Assembly (NCBI GenBank): GCA_001179505.1
Contig: CDMY01000442.1
Span: 11,912 to 75,911 of the forward strand
Length of the DNA: 64,000 nt
Direction: 5' to 3'
Source of the DNA: Vitrella brassicaformis CCMP3155
Lineage: Eukaryota; Protista; Chromerida
Shown: positions 37,388 through 49,600 of the stretch, one piece after another
Numbering within the stretch: position 1 is the stretch's first letter
How the letters are laid out: each line of letters starts with the position of its first letter
Notes under the pieces: model-generated
The model's input: the letters and a program-made list of their open reading frames with translations, nothing else
What the model was told of the DNA's origin: nothing
The model's database searches: none
Made by a program: the position numbers and the translations under genes

Positions 37388-40300
37388 CTGACTGAACCAG
37401 GGAGCGAGAGGGGGTGGGGGGGCTGCGTGTACGCGTGTGTCTTCATTTGGGAGCTGGTGGTGCATGCATCTCGTCGAGTCTGTGTGATGTGATGTAATGT
37501 GCGGTGCGCTTCGGTCGATTGGCTGTGAGTGACGTGACACCTCGCCGTGCCGTCTTAGGGTCGTCTCTTGGTGTCGGTCTTTCCACGACAGACAAGGCGG
37601 GCGACGATCCATGCCATGCACACCGAGCCGAGGGCAGACAGACAGACAATTGACCGTGCGCGGCGCATACCATCGATTTTTGTGGGTGGTCTGAATGAAT
37701 GACGCACGGGTTCATGGATGCCTGCCCTGCATACCTAGCTGCCCTGCAGTCAGTGGGTCCACACAGTGAGCGAGCAAGGAAGGCAAGGTACGCTGCAGGC
37801 TGCCTTGCCTTCCACGTCTGCATATATATGACACGACATACATACATACGTGGTATGTGTGTGCTGCCTGCGTGTCCGGCCTGGTGTGAGAGAAGCGGAC
37901 CGGCCGATTTTCTGGACGGGACGGATGCGTGTGGTGTTGGTTGGCGGCTTGCGCGTCTGTGCGTCCGGCTAGCTGTAGAATGGACCAATGGATGGATGGA
38001 TGGATGGCAGGCAGGCAGGAGGCACGTGTGGTTTTAAGCCGACAAGCGACCGACTCTGCCCACTGTGTGCTTTGTGTCGTGACATCGGTATCAACCACCA
38101 TCGGTTCGGTTCGGTTCACACACGAGCGACTGATCAAATGTAAAGCTTCTAGATGGCGACGCGCAAATGTCTGTCATCAAACCAAACCAGGCGGCCACAC
38201 CTGCCTGCACCGATGTGCACGTAGTCAGCCTGCCTGCCTGCCTTCGCTCCCTCTCCCCTTGTTTGACATCTGCTCGCTCCGTCTCCGTCATCTGGTCCAC
38301 CCTCGCATGAGAAAAAGCTGTGTGTTGATGTAAACACACACCCCGCACGGACAGGTGAGGGGAGGCCCTGTGCGGGCGGGGGACACACACACACACAGCT
38401 ACACACACACCTACACACACATGGACGTGGACCACGTGGAGGGAAATAATTGGCAGGCACAGCACGCATGAGCGTGGAGGCAGGCAGGCAGGCCACCGGC
38501 AGCAGCATGCAAGCAAAGCATGCAAGGCATCACATCACAACACATCACATCACAACACATCACAGCGCCACACACCACCAGCAGCAGCAAGGGCATGCAG
38601 TCACCACCAAGCAGACAAACACGCAATCAACCAACCAACCAGCCAACCAGCCAGCCAGGCAACGACTGTGTCTCGGGTACGAAATGCACGTGCAACCACC
38701 ACACACATCATCAAACGCCTCAAGTGTATGTATATGTGCTGACACACAAGACAACCAGACAGAGACAGACAGACAGGTGGGTGGGCCGCCATGGCACCCG
38801 ACCGACCGACCGACAAGCATCGCTTGAGTGGTATGTACGACGTGAGTGAGTATCAACAGTAGCAACCAACAGGCAGGCCATTGCACCCACACACCCATGT
38901 CATCAATGTAGCCACACAGCAGAGCAGCGCAGCAGCAGCACCGAGTATCAACCAGCCCAACCCAAGACCCCCCATCTACCCACCCCACCGGCAGCAGCAC
39001 ACTCATCGGACGGACAGTGGATAAAACACTTCCGAGAGCTAGCTACCTCGCTCGGTGCCATCCATGAGCCCCCTCCCTCCTCCCCCCCCCTGTCGATTCA
39101 TTTCTGCAGCCAACTGGTGCTGCATCGCCTTCACCGACACGAGCTCGAGAGCGATCAGACACACTGGTGGACCAGCGTGTTGAATGCCCCAACAGCCCGG
39201 TCAGGTGACAGCAACGACAGCTGCCATCACTCGCTGCATTAGTAAGACAAGCCGTGACAAGACTCGACACAGCTAACCAGACAGCGACCAGCCAGGGAGT
39301 CAGTGTAGGGGTCGACAGGACATGACATGAACATCGGCCCAGCACTCTTGAAACTTTACCTGCTCTCCGCAGATAGACGTGAGGCTCTGGTCTCTCTCTC
39401 TCGCTCTCTTCCAATTACTCACTCACTCGCCCGTCTGTCTCTGTGTCTGTCATGCTGACTGAGTGTATGCGGCCGCCCCATCCACTGTACTGCTCCCATA
39501 CCGGTCGTTTGCACGAGACCAGTTGAGTTGATGAAGCCACAGCACCCATTCCCTCAGCACACAAAAACTGGACGGACGGGCAAGACACCCCAGTGACTGA
39601 CACGACATCAATCCCACGATCCGATCACACATGCGTGCAGGCAGGCAGGCAGGCAGGCACGGTGGTCCCATCCATGTCGGTCGTCGTCAAACAGACAACA
39701 GAAGCAGCCGCCGGTTGGGGTGTGTGGCTACGCGTGAGGGTGTGGTGTGAGTGGGTCATTCATTGATATGATGAGGGGGTGTCTGTCGTGTGTCTACACG
39801 TAGTACACGTCACGTACGTGTGTATGTGTGTGTGTATGATGGGACGGATGGTACCGGTCACTCAGTGAGTGAGTGAGGGCATGGCAGCCCGCACGATAGA
39901 TACGCGTGGTCAGTCAGAGTCAGAAAAACAGACAGTCAGTGCTCACTCATGAGATAGATGATGAAGAGCGACAACATGAAGAATGAATGAACGTGTGGTG
40001 ATCGAGGGAGAGACATGCATGGAGACAGACAGACCGACAGAGAGAACGACAAATTGAAAGAGGCACACAGCACAACACAGCACAACAACACGGACCGGAT
40101 GAATGAAGGTTGAGTTGAGTGTGCAAGTCAGTCAATGACACACACACACACACACACACACATACACACACTCAGACACACAAAGAAAGAAAGAAAGAAA
40201 CAGACACACAACGCAGACAGACCGACCCCCCACCCGACCGAAGATAAACAGGGCCATCCCCACCTATACACGCTTTCGTGTACTCTCTCTCTCTACCCGT

Positions 40301-41042
40301 CCGTCCCATCCCATCCCATCCTCCTTGTTGGATACTAAGGTACGCATCATGTCATGTCATGTGTGGGCTATATAATGAATGAATGAATGGATTAGATCAA
40401 CGTAGGTAGGTGTAGCTACGTACGTCCTTTCACCGGATGTCCTTCCTCTCGAGCTGTCTGTCGGTTTGTCGGTCGTCAGGCCGCCGGCGAGCCGCTAGCT
40501 ATGGTACAGACGACATCACATCCATCCATCTCCATGACATCAACCAACCGGTCTGTCTGTCATCAAAGAAAGACGCGCGTGCACGTCAGTCGCGTCGCCA
40601 GGCAGCAGAGAGGAGAGGAGAGGAGAGACAGCAAGACAGCAAAGACAGACAGAGCTAAGACAGCAAGCAAGGAAAGGACACGCACATGGTCATCGACAGT
40701 GCGTCTTGTGTGATGTGGCAGCACGCCTCGCCAGCCATGCCGACCGACCGACCACATCACTCAATCAATCCCATCCATCCATCCATCCATCCCCGTAATC
40801 CTCCAGCACGAGAAAAATATTTCCCCCTTAAGGTCCCCTCCCCGCCCTGCCCGCGCCACACCACATGTACGAGAAAACGGCCCAGCCCAGCCCAGCCGCA
40901 GCAGGAGCCCCAGCGAGAGGCGCGCGTCTATCCATTCCATCCCTAGCCCTTACGGCCCGCCATTCACGTGAATGGCGACGAAAAACACTTGCCCACAAAC
41001 ACGCGACGCGCACACAAAGCTTGCATCCGTGTCAGTGTCACG

Positions 41043-44000
41043 TCACGCAGACCGCCTATTGGGGCCTCTGGCGACGGGGCTCCTGCCAGGTGAGATGAGG
41101 TTGGTGTCCTCGCTGTTGCCGTCGATGCTGCCGTGTAGGTGGCTGGGCGATGCGCTACTGGATGAGCTCATGGGTGATGCCATGACGGTGTCCTGCGAGC
41201 TGCACCGGTGCTCCTTGCCCAGCGGCAGCCGGGGGGGCGGCAGACTGACGTTGTTGGGGACGGGGCCGCCCTTGCCGCTGCCGCCGCCCACGACGTAGGG
41301 CGCCATGGTGTGGGCGTGGAGGGGCTTCCGGGGCGAGGGAGACGCAGGCGATAACTGCAAAGACATCACACACACATGAACAGCACACCAAATGAATTAG
41401 ACGGTCGATGGATGCGATGCGCATGTGTGTTGTGTTGCGTACGTGTGGCGAGTAGAGTGGCGAGGTGGGTACGGCCGTGGCGAGGGTGGCCAGCGATGAC
41501 GCGCTGGGCTGCTGCAGGGCCGACCGGTACACGCCCACCGACACGCTCGCGTGGGGCGTCAGCTCAGGCAACACTACTGGGTCAAACGAAGGACCGTCGG
41601 GAATCGTGTTGCTGCAGACACCACCATACACCGAACAACACAGCCCACACACAGAGTCCCTTGGCTGTCGGTGTCTTGTCTATGTGGGTGGTCATTCATT
41701 CGGCTGGTTCACCGTACGTACCGTCTGTATGTTGCGTCTTGCGGCAGCGAGTTGAGGTGGTCGACCACCCATGGGTGGTGCAGCGCCTGCTGGGCCGTCA
41801 TGCGCTTCCGGGGGTCGCGGTGCAGCAACTTGTATATCAGATCTACCGCCAACTTCGGAACGTCCTTCTGCCACACACACACACGACACACGACACACAC
41901 GGATGGATGGATGGATGATGCGGGTGTGGTGTGTCTCTCTGTGTGTCCCTCCTTGCCTACCCGTTTGGTCATGTTGGGCAGTGGGCAGCTGAGTAGTGAG
42001 CGCATCATGTCCTCCTCAGACTCGCCCTCAAACGGCAGATGCCCGAATATCATCCAAAATAAACAAATGCCTACACCGCACCGATACACACAGGATAGAC
42101 AGGATAACACGCAAACGTATATGTCAGTCTGTCAACAGGCATGGACGTCATGTCCCGTGCGAGGAGAGGAGTGAGTGAGAGCCTTGTGTGTTTGTGAGTG
42201 CCTACCGAGGCTCCAGACATCGGCTGGGAGTCCGTATGCGCCAAATATCACCTCGGGGGCGACGAAGGGAATCGACCCAAGGCCCTCTGCTAGCGAATCG
42301 TTGCCGCCCACCACCTATACTCGCACACACACAGACACACCAGTGCAGTGCAGTGCGTCCATTCGTGTGTGGTGTCGTGTCGCATCTCTGTGTGTGTGCA
42401 TCTGACTGATCTGTGCAGTGCAGTCAGTGTTGTCAGTACCTTAGTGGCGAATCCGAAGTCTGTCAGAATGATGGCGGCCTTGGACAGATCGCTCTGAGTC
42501 AGCATGAAGTTCTGAGGCTTGATGTCGCTAAAACCACACACAACACAGACACACAACGACCAGCCAGACATACAATGCCTGCCTGCCTTCATCGCCCGCC
42601 AACCACTTCATTCACTCACGCCCCTCGCTTAAGTGCAGTGCAGTGCTCACCGGTGGGCGATTTTCCGTTCGTGGAGGCTCCTGACGGCGAGGAGCATCTG
42701 TGTGAAGATCTTGGCCTTGAGGTCCTCCGGCGTCCGCTTCAGTTCGTCCGCCCTGTCCCAGAGCTCGCCGCCGTCGAGTTTCTCCATGACGAGGTAGACG
42801 GCGGGCCCGTGCTCCACCACCTCATACAGCTGCACCACAAACGGACCCGCACCCTCCTGAACCGTAGACACCTCCGATAACAGCTCCTTCCTAAACACAC
42901 ACACAGACATCCCACAGACACGCAGAGGGACATTCACAAGGTGTCTGGAGAGGGGGGGAGGGGGGGGGGGGGGTCAGNNNNNNNNNNNNNNNNNNNNNNN
43001 NNNNNNNNNNNNNNNNNNNNNNNNNNNNNNNNNNNNNNNNNNNNNNNNNNNNNNNNNNNNNNNNNNNNNNNNNNNNNNNNNNNNNNNNNNNNNNNNNNNN
43101 NNNNNNNNNNNNNNNNNNNNNNNNNNNNNNNNNNNNNNNNNNNNNNNNNNNNNNNNNNNNNNNNNNNNNNNNNNNNNNNNNNNNNNNNNNNNNNNNNNNN
43201 NNNNNNNNNNNNNNNNNNNNNNNNNNNNNNNNNNNNNNNNNNNNNNNNNNNNNNNNNNNNNNNNNNNNNNNNNNNNNGGGGGGGGGGGGGGTCAGAGGGG
43301 GAAGCCCACCCACCGAGTGACTTCTTCCTTCTGGATGGCTTGTCTCTCCATCTTGCACCGCCTCTCGGGCAGCCACCGCCAGCCCTTCCGGTAGACAAAG
43401 TAGCTCCCCCCCGCGCTGGCCGGACACTCCATCGCCCCCCCACCGCCCACACTGATGGTGTCCAGCTCCCTCTCGTCCACCAGCGAGCTGCGGGACCGCC
43501 GTGGCGGCGAGTGGTCGGTGGTAGACAACATGGCGTCAAGCTGGTTCGACTCGGCGCGCGGCCTCCCGCCTTGCATTTGGCGGGTGAAGCCCAGCCGGTC
43601 GGGGGAGCTGTTAAGCGAGTGCTCTGCGGCGCGTCTCTGGTTGTCCACGTCGGGGTAGAGGGAGTGCCTGTTAGCGAGACCCGTGTTGCGATGTGGGTGG
43701 GTGTGGGTGTAGCCGTGGGGTGAGGACCGGTGGGCGGCGTGAGGGGTGCGGTCGATCTTGACGTGGGCTATCTTGACAATCCGGGAAGGGGCGCCGTCAC
43801 GGGGAATCGCCTCGTGCACCTGACACACACACAAGACACAGACCACACACAAAACAGACAGACAGGCAGAGAGACATCAATCGATCCACGAGGCAGCCAG
43901 TCGCCACCCCCACCACTGTCCCTCCCTCCTCCCCGAGTGTGTGATGTGATGCCTCACAATCGAGTAGGATCCCTCGCCGAGTCTCTTGCCCAAAGCGTAT

Positions 44001-44254
44001 TGGTCGACGAGTCCCGGTATGCCCGTGAGACTCCCGACTCGGTATCCGTTGCTCCCCCGTCCTCGCGGCGTGGTGGCGGCGCTGGAGCCGCCAGACATCC
44101 GCCTCTCCTTGGCACTGACCTCCTGGCGGGGCGGAAGGGCGAGGAATGTGGGCGGGGTGGTCTCTGTGGGGTCGGCAAGAGGCTCATCGCACGACTTGGA
44201 CTGTCGGTGGCTGCGACCGAAGAGCGGTAAAGGCAGACAGCGGCTCACGGCCAT
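41043..44254 (-). CDS. Ser/Thr protein kinase, CAMK-like, no EF-hands seen
   Basis: YALGKRLGEGSYSIV, LLSEV, VYLVMEKLDGGELW, IAHRDIKPQNF, LTDFGFA, GSIPFVAPEV, DVWSLG, LPF, DLIYKLLHRDPRKRMTAQQALHHPW; low-complexity C-terminal tail. Confidence 0.9.
42978..43277. other. Assembly gap (300 N) inside a kinase intron
   Basis: Run of N; both flanks carry poly-G followed by TCAG. Confidence 0.99.
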
Positions 44255-44606
44255 CGATGGATACCACAGCTGGTTGGTGATGTAATCTCAAGTCAACTAC
44301 ACTCGGCAAAGAATCCTGTTCCGCCTGTCTGACATCAGTATTCGCTGCCCTAACTCCAACGAAGCTTCCATGAACCCTAGAACCCAAACCCCGGTGGGGT
44401 TTATCCACGAGCAGTCACACACTGCCTGTGTGTCTGACTCGTCTTGGTCAGGTGCAGCACAGCACTTGCCGCATGTAAGTGACAATCCATCGCAACCAAC
44501 CGCATTCATTTCCCCATTTAAATATTTGATGGGTGCGGCGTGACCTGCCTGCCTGACGGGCCTTTCGTTCATCCCCACGTACCCCAGCAGCCATCCATCG
44601 AGGAGG

Positions 44607-46179
44607 ATGTTTGTGTATCTGAGCAAGAAGATCGCCATCCCGCACAACCTGGCGCTGCACGTGCTGTCGTGGAACGAGGCCAACGGGTGGATAGCATGTG
44701 GTGGCGAGCGGGGACTCTTGAAGGTCCTCAAGCTCGACGGACATACGCAGCCGGGGGACCAGCAGCAGCAGCAGCAGCCGCCGCCCAAGGGCACACCAGG
44801 GCAGAGCAACCTCTCCATGAACCAAACACTCGAAGGACACCAAGGCAAGCGCGTCACACACACAAGGAGGGAGGGTGCGTACAGCATGGCTGTGTGTGTG
44901 GGTGTGGGTGAGTGCTGTCTGCAGGGAACATCATGGTGGTGACTTGGAATGAGCATTTCCGGAAGCTGACGACGAGTGACCAGAACGGGCTGATCATCGT
45001 CTGGATGCTGCACCGGGGTATATGGTTTGAGGAGATGATCAACAACCGCAACAGGAGCGTCGTGCGGGACATGAAGTGGACGCCTGACGGACAGAAGATC
45101 TGCATCGTCTACGAGGACGGGGCGGTCATTGTCGGCACGGTCGATGGCCAGAGGCTATGGGTAAGTGAGTGGCTGGTTCGGTGGATGGCGTGTGCGTGTG
45201 TGAAATGACTGACAGAGGTGAAGGTGTGTGTGTGTGTGTGTGTGTGGTGGTGGTGGCATCGTATCGCATCGCCACCGTCATATAACATAGGGTCGTGAGG
45301 TGAAGACTCAGTTGGCGTTTGTGGAGTGGTCACCCGACAGCAAGAACATACTCTTCTGCACTCTCACTGGAGAGGTATGGTTGGTACCACATCACCACCT
45401 CACCATACACACAACACACAACACAATAGATCGATAGAGTGATCAGATCAGATCAGATCAACCACCAGACGTCTACTTGTGCGTCTGTTTGTGTGTGTGC
45501 GTCACTCACGTGTGCCTACCTACGGTACGTACGGCAGGTTCACGTCTACGACAACGAGGGCATCTACTCGCATAAGGTGGCCATCCACTGCCTTGACGAG
45601 GGCACTCACACCAACGTACCCGTAGCCGGCATCCAGTGGTATGCATTGCAATGCATTGAATGCATTGCAGGTGCAGACAGACACAGGCACACGACGAAGT
45701 GTGTGTCTTGGCTGTGTGGGTCCCTATGTCCCTATGTGTGTGTGCAGGTATGACGGTCACCGCGGCCCCGAACCGACCGTTCCCGCTCTCGCAATCGCAT
45801 TCGAGAACGGTACGTGGCGATGCAGACGTCAAGATGATGGGCATACATACTTTGTGGCCGTCCGTGTGTCGTGTCCCTCCCGCAGGTCGTGTGCAGCTGA
45901 TGCGTTGCGACACGGACGACAGGCCCATCCTCCTCGACACTCAGATGAAGTGCTCAGGTTAGGACTGCAGTGAGTGACTGCCTGCCACCCACCGACCCAC
46001 CCACCCTGCCATGGGCTCTGTGGCCATGTCGTGTCGTGTACACCATGCTGTGTGGCCGCACACACTGGGCGGGGGGGAGAGAGAGCCGTCCAGTCCACGG
46101 CATGCATTGATTCGCAGACCCTGGCACCAACTCATGCCATGGATGGGCCAGCGTCTGATAGTTCTCTGCCACACCTCCA

Positions 46180-46213
<34 letters not shown>

Positions 46214-46625
46214 TGTGTCAGCGTTGCGTTGGAGCCCCTCCGGCACTGCGGTGACCATCGCTGGCATGCAGGCGCAGGGGGAAACCACAGGTGAGTTACA
46301 AGCCGGTTGGTGGGGTGGGGGTGGGCCCACGGGGACAACCGACACAACCATTAATGACACACACACGCATCCCATCCACCCCACCTATGTGTGCATCATC
46401 CATCATTGCGTGTGTCGTGTGTGTGTGTGTGTGTGTGTGGAGGTGAGGGCGGGTCGATGCGCGAGGTGGGTGTGGTTCAGTTCTACAGCCCAATGGGGCA
46501 GCATCTTCGCACTCTGAGAGTACCCGGACACAGCCTCAAGGCCATCAGCTGGGACGGCGCTGGTGAGTGAGCCGCCCAAACAACCAGCCACACCACAGCC
46601 ACGCCTTTGGATGCACTCATGTCCA

Positions 46626-46660
<35 letters not shown>

Positions 46661-49600
46661 TTGTGTGTGGCATCAGGTCTGCGGATCGCATTGGCTGTCG
46701 ACTCGCACATTTTCTTTGCCAACATCCGGCCCGACTATCTGGCGGCCTACTTCTCCCACACGCTGGTCTACGCCGTCCTCAAGAAGGAGCGCAACGAATA
46801 CGCCGTCATCTTCTGGGACACACGCAGAGACGAAGTGAGGCCTGTGTGTCTTGTGTTGTGTTGATTGGGATGGGCTGGACATGCCTGTCTGTGTGTCTGT
46901 CTGTGTCTGTGTGTGTGTGTGAAGCGTTACACCAAGTACATCAAGAAGTTGCTGCATGTCAAGGCGGGGGAGGACTACTGTGTGCTCGCCACCAAGACAG
47001 AGGAGGCCGCCGAGCAGCACATTCTCATCGTGTGCAATGACATCGGTCAGTAGACCTGCCGGATGGACACAGCACAGCACACACAGTCCACAGACGCACG
47101 TGTGTGGACTGTGTATGTGTGTGTATGTGTGTGTTGTATGTGCAGGTTCCCCGGTGCAGTCTCAGTATCTGACGATCGAGCCCCTCCACGTCTGCATGAC
47201 GTCGTCACACGTCATGGCCGCATCAGAGGTATGTAACCCCTCCCCTCCCCCTCCCCCTTGCCCTCCCAACCCACATCCACACCCACACCCACACTCCCAT
47301 CAACCAACGCGCTCCAAATGCAGGACACAGTGTACATATGGCAGTACCGGTCGTCGCTTCCCAGCCGTGGCGGTGTGGCCGGCGTGGGCGACACCCTCAC
47401 CCTCACCGCCACCTCGGCGTCCACCATCCCACCTGGATCAGCATCGGCAGGCCTCGTCCCCCAGCCCCACAGGCGGCGTGTGGAGCAGATGTTCCACATC
47501 GACGAGTATGAGGGCGGGGCGAGCGACAAGGAGGCATTCAGACACCCGGGCACCGTTTGCCAAGACCCCATTGCATGCATCGCAGCAAGTGACAGGTGTG
47601 TATGGACCGATGGCTGCGTGGGGGCATGGATGGATGGATCTTTGTGTGTGTGTGTGTGTGTGTGTGCAGTTGTCTGGTGGTGGGTCGTGAGTCCGGGACG
47701 GTGCAGCGTTACTCTCTGCCGCATCTGGCGCTGGACGGCAAGGTGCTCATCCAGACGCGGCCCCAGGTGCTGGCGGTCAACTGTGCGAGCAGCTGCATGA
47801 CATGCATCGACATCAATGGCATACTCACCCTTTACAACATCCAACACAGGTGCCTGAGGGGGTGGGTGACAGACACCACACGACCAGCCAAGCCGCATTG
47901 AATTGATGCCTCCTGCTCGCACTCGTGTGTGCCTGTAGGGGGAAGGGGCAGATGGGCGAGCAGCTGGATTTTGAGCGAAAGGTCAGTCCAGTCAGGAGCA
48001 CACCGACGACAGGGAGAGGGGGGAAGGGTGCGAGACGAGACGTACACGGATGTGTGTGTGTGTGTGTGTGACATGGGTGTGGTGTAGGATGTGTGGGACA
48101 TGCGATGGGCGAGTGACAACCCCGACCTGTTTGCCCTCATGGAAAAGACACGCATGTACGTCGTCAGAGGTAGGTGGGCTACGCAGCCATGCCATGCCAT
48201 GCCATGCCATGCCAGGGAGGGAGGGAGGGAGGGATACATCTTGTCTTGTCACGCCACACACAAACACACATTCGCCATGCCATACCATGGTCTGCATGTG
48301 ATGTGACGTGACACACACACAGGTACCGACCCCGAGGAGCCGGTCCTGTCCAACGGCTACATCTGCTCGTTCAAAGACCTGCACATACAGGTCAGTCAGG
48401 TCGGTGTGTATGCTATCCGTTGATCTCTGCGTGTGTGTGGTGTGTGTGTTTGTGTCCATTTGCTGACTTACTTCTGGATATACCGATCAGAGTGCGTTGA
48501 TCGACGACTTGATGAAGAACCCCGACAGCGCCAAGAAGGACATCCTTCTCGAGTTCGACACCAAATCACTCAGAGACACAAGCGACATACTCGTGCGCAT
48601 AAGCCTATCAGATTATCTTGCACACACACATACACATACACACACACCACATCAACCAACATAACACACACCACACGCACTCCAAGCTTTGTGTGTGCTC
48701 ATCTATCTCATCTGGTGTGATGTGATGGGATCGCATCATATCTTCCTTCAGACGAAGGTGTCAAACTTGAAGGATGCCTTCACCTACGTCGAGGAGAACC
48801 CACACCCTCGGCTATGGCGGCTGCTCGCCGAGGCCGCACTCGACCAACTGGAGCTCAGCGTAGCCGAAAAGGTAATTGCGTACCTTTCTCCCCAAGCACA
48901 TGCCATGCCCACCTCTTGCCCACCCACCCACACGCGTCAGTCAGTGTGATGTGATGTGTGCAGGCGTTTGTGCGTTACGAGGAGTACCAGGGCATTCAGT
49001 TCGTGAAGCGTCTGCGGATGCTCGACGACAAGGTCAAGCAGAAGGCCGAGGTGGCCGCCTACTTCCAGCGATTCGACGAGGCCGAACACCTCTACTTCGA
49101 CATCGACCGGAAAGACCTCGCTCTAGACCTGCGGATCAAACTTGGTCGGCAAGCCTGCCTGCCTGCCTGCCGCACACTGGCCACATAGATAGATGTGTGT
49201 GTGTGTGTGTGTGTGTGTGTACCTTGACCTCTCTGTGTGTGTCGGTGGACAGGGGATTGGTTCCGTGTGATTCAGCTGACGCAGGGTGGTGCTGGTGCTG
49301 GTGCAAGTGAGATACTCCACAGGGCTTACTCGGAAATCGGAGACTACTACGCCGGTCAGCCACCGACACAGAGCAGCAGCACATCCCGTTGTGTCCATCC
49401 CTGTGTGTGTGTGTGTGTGGATGTGGTCCGCCAGACCGCGGTAAGTGGCTTCAGGCGTCTCAGTACTACGCCAAGGCCGGCAACAACGCCGCACTCGTCG
49501 AAGCATACTACCTTCTAGAAGTAACCAACACACACACACACCACACGCCCCAAGCGCACAACCACCACACGCCACGTGTGTGTCAACACAACAACAACAA

